Assembly (NCBI GenBank): GCA_964521215.1
Contig: CAZFRD010000003.1
Span: 425-64,424 of the forward strand
DNA from: an uncultured Pseudomonadales bacterium
GTDB lineage: Bacteria; Patescibacteriota; Microgenomatia; UBA1400; PJMF01
DNA length: 64,000 nucleotides
Direction of reading: 5' to 3'
Shown here piece after piece: positions 62,498-64,000 of the stretch. The notes beneath the pieces were generated by a model, which saw only the letters and a list, made by a program, of their open reading frames with translations, had not been told where the DNA came from and ran no database searches. Position numbers and translations under genes: made by a program. How positions within the stretch are numbered: the first letter of the stretch is position 1; each line of letters starts with the position of its first letter.

Positions 62498-63196
62498 TTA
62501 GCTAGCATCTCCGCCGAAGCGTCGCTCCCTGTTTCGATATTCCGCCAGCGCCAACCTAAATTCTTGCACCGAAAAATCGGGAAAAAGTGTGGGCACAAAA
62601 ATCAATTCTGAGTAAATTGACTGCCAGGGCATAAAACCTGAGAGTCTCTGCTCTCCCCCCGTTCGGATGATGAGATCTGGATCGGGAATTTCTGCCGTGT
62701 GCAAACTCGAAGATAACTTTTCTTCCGTCAGCTCATCATCAGAAATTCCTTCTTTGATTAACTTCTTGACTGCCTTGATAATTTCTGCCCTGCCGCCGTA
62801 GTTGAGTGCAAAAGTGACCGTAATTTTTGAATTCTTGCGGGTTTTGTTGACGAAATCCAAACACTGCTTGGCAATATCTTCAGGAAAACGATTTACTTCG
62901 CCAAGAATATTCAACTTAACCCCTTCTTTGATGAATTTAATGGCTAAATTTTTCAGAGCGAACCGAAAGACGCTAAATATCTCCTTGAGTTCTTCTTTAT
63001 CCCGCTTCCAATTTTCAGTGGAAAAAGCCCAAAAAGTGACATAAGGAATTTTTTGGTCTACGCACTCTTGGATCAAAGGTTCGATGGCTTTTTCCGCCGC
63101 AAACCGGTGGCCCTCAGTTGGCTTGAGACCCTTATGCATCGCCCAGCGTCGGTTGCCGTCCATGATAATCGCCACGTGCTGAATATCAGAGTTCAT
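62498..63196 (-). CDS. uppS: undecaprenyl diphosphate synthase
   Basis: HVAIIMDGNRRW, AFSTENW, NYGGR, DPDLIIRTGGEQRLS and RRFG motifs. Confidence 0.97.
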   Translation of the reverse strand: MNSDIQHVAIIMDGNRRWAMHKGLKPTEGHRFAAEKAIEPLIQECVDQKIPYVTFWAFSTENWKRDKEELKEIFSVFRFALKNLAIKFIKEGVKLNILGEVNRFPEDIAKQCLDFVNKTRKNSKITVTFALNYGGRAEIIKAVKKLIKEGISDDELTEEKLSSSLHTAEIPDPDLIIRTGGEQRLSGFMPWQSIYSELIFVPTLFPDFSVQEFRLALAEYRNRERRFGGDAS

Positions 63197-63225
63197 AAGG
63201 GTTCATTATAGCAAAGAAAAATTTA

Positions 63226-63996
63226 CTAGAGAGGAGATTCTATCCAGCCTCGCTGTAAGCAATAGTTCAAAACTGTCTGAAGGTCAGCGACTAGTTGGTC
63301 GGATTCTGTTTGTGTTTCATTATAAAATCTAACTAATAATCTGCTTAAATCTTTTTCAGCATCTCTTAATATCTGCATTATAGAGGTTTCAGCTAAGTAA
63401 GAAGGTCCGGAAAGATTCATCGCACCTAGAACATAGGCGTCAGTAATTCCCATATTCTTCAACCAATTTCGTATTTCATTTTCACCATCTTTTTCCTCTA
63501 AAGATTTTGAGAGCCAGTTGGAAAATTCCGCTCTTAAAGCATAGGAGCTATCCCACCTATCGTTGATTGTTCTCAGCCGACTCGCCGCCGCAGAAAATAA
63601 GGCCTGATTTACCGCATCCGATGATTGAACAAATCTAAACCTTTCTACTTTGGGTTTGCTGTCAACTGATTTATTTAAAAAATCAATTTGTGCTTGGGAT
63701 AACGGCAAACCAACTTGTTGAAGTGCTCGACTGACCAATTCGGTTGCACTCCGCAATGCAGCTTGCACTAATTCCTCGTCTGATTTTTCAGGTTCAAAAA
63801 TACCCCATTGGTCTAAATCAATATTGTGAAATACTTTTAACTGTGGAACGACATATTTAGTTACCCGACCAGCTCTAGTGGATAAATCTTCAACGACGCT
63901 GATGATTTCTGCCTTTTTATGTTTGATCTGCTTCTGGATTCGTTGCTGACTTTCTGCATCCAGAACAGTGTGATAATCTTTTCTTGCCGCTTCCAA
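63226..63996 (-). CDS. hypothetical protein, probably 5'-truncated by the window edge
   Basis: 256 aa open frame running to the window end; no recognisable motif. Confidence 0.6.
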   Translation of the reverse strand: MEAARKDYHTVLDAESQQRIQKQIKHKKAEIISVVEDLSTRAGRVTKYVVPQLKVFHNIDLDQWGIFEPEKSDEELVQAALRSATELVSRALQQVGLPLSQAQIDFLNKSVDSKPKVERFRFVQSSDAVNQALFSAAASRLRTINDRWDSSYALRAEFSNWLSKSLEEKDGENEIRNWLKNMGITDAYVLGAMNLSGPSYLAETSIMQILRDAEKDLSRLLVRFYNETQTESDQLVADLQTVLNYCLQRGWIESPL

Positions 63997-64000
63997 TTCT

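Overview
Chromosomal segment of a reduced-genome bacterium, most likely Patescibacteria/CPR of the Microgenomates type. This is inferred from the domain-trimmed housekeeping proteins, the rpmF-nusB-acp-rnc-rpsP-KH gene order, DUF5660/DUF5674-type proteins and a large type IV pilus locus; TGA is a stop codon. Contents: translation and tRNA-modification genes (miaA, miaB, tgt, queA, infC-rpmI-rplT, pheST, tyrS, rpsB, tsf), three tRNAs (Cys-GCA, Val-GAC, Ala-GGC), recG, gyrB-ppa-gyrA, one Xer recombinase, PBP1A, uppS, a ~21 kb type IV pilus locus with a Cys-rich adhesin-like protein, and scattered AT-rich orphan ORFs. Main signals not explained by the ORF track: (1) a ~320 nt densely base-paired intergenic region at 22.3-22.6 kb that I could not assign to a known RNA family; (2) a symmetric 11-6-11 dif-like site upstream of the xer gene, with a GTAGGGGA motif that changes strand across it; (3) palindromic REP-like repeats that nest inside each other and sit in-frame inside miaA; (4) an apparent ~8 kb inversion inside the pilus locus; (5) many -10 boxes lying 6-9 nt from start codons; (6) two small genes missed by the ORF track. 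All family calls come from motif recognition by eye; no searches were run.
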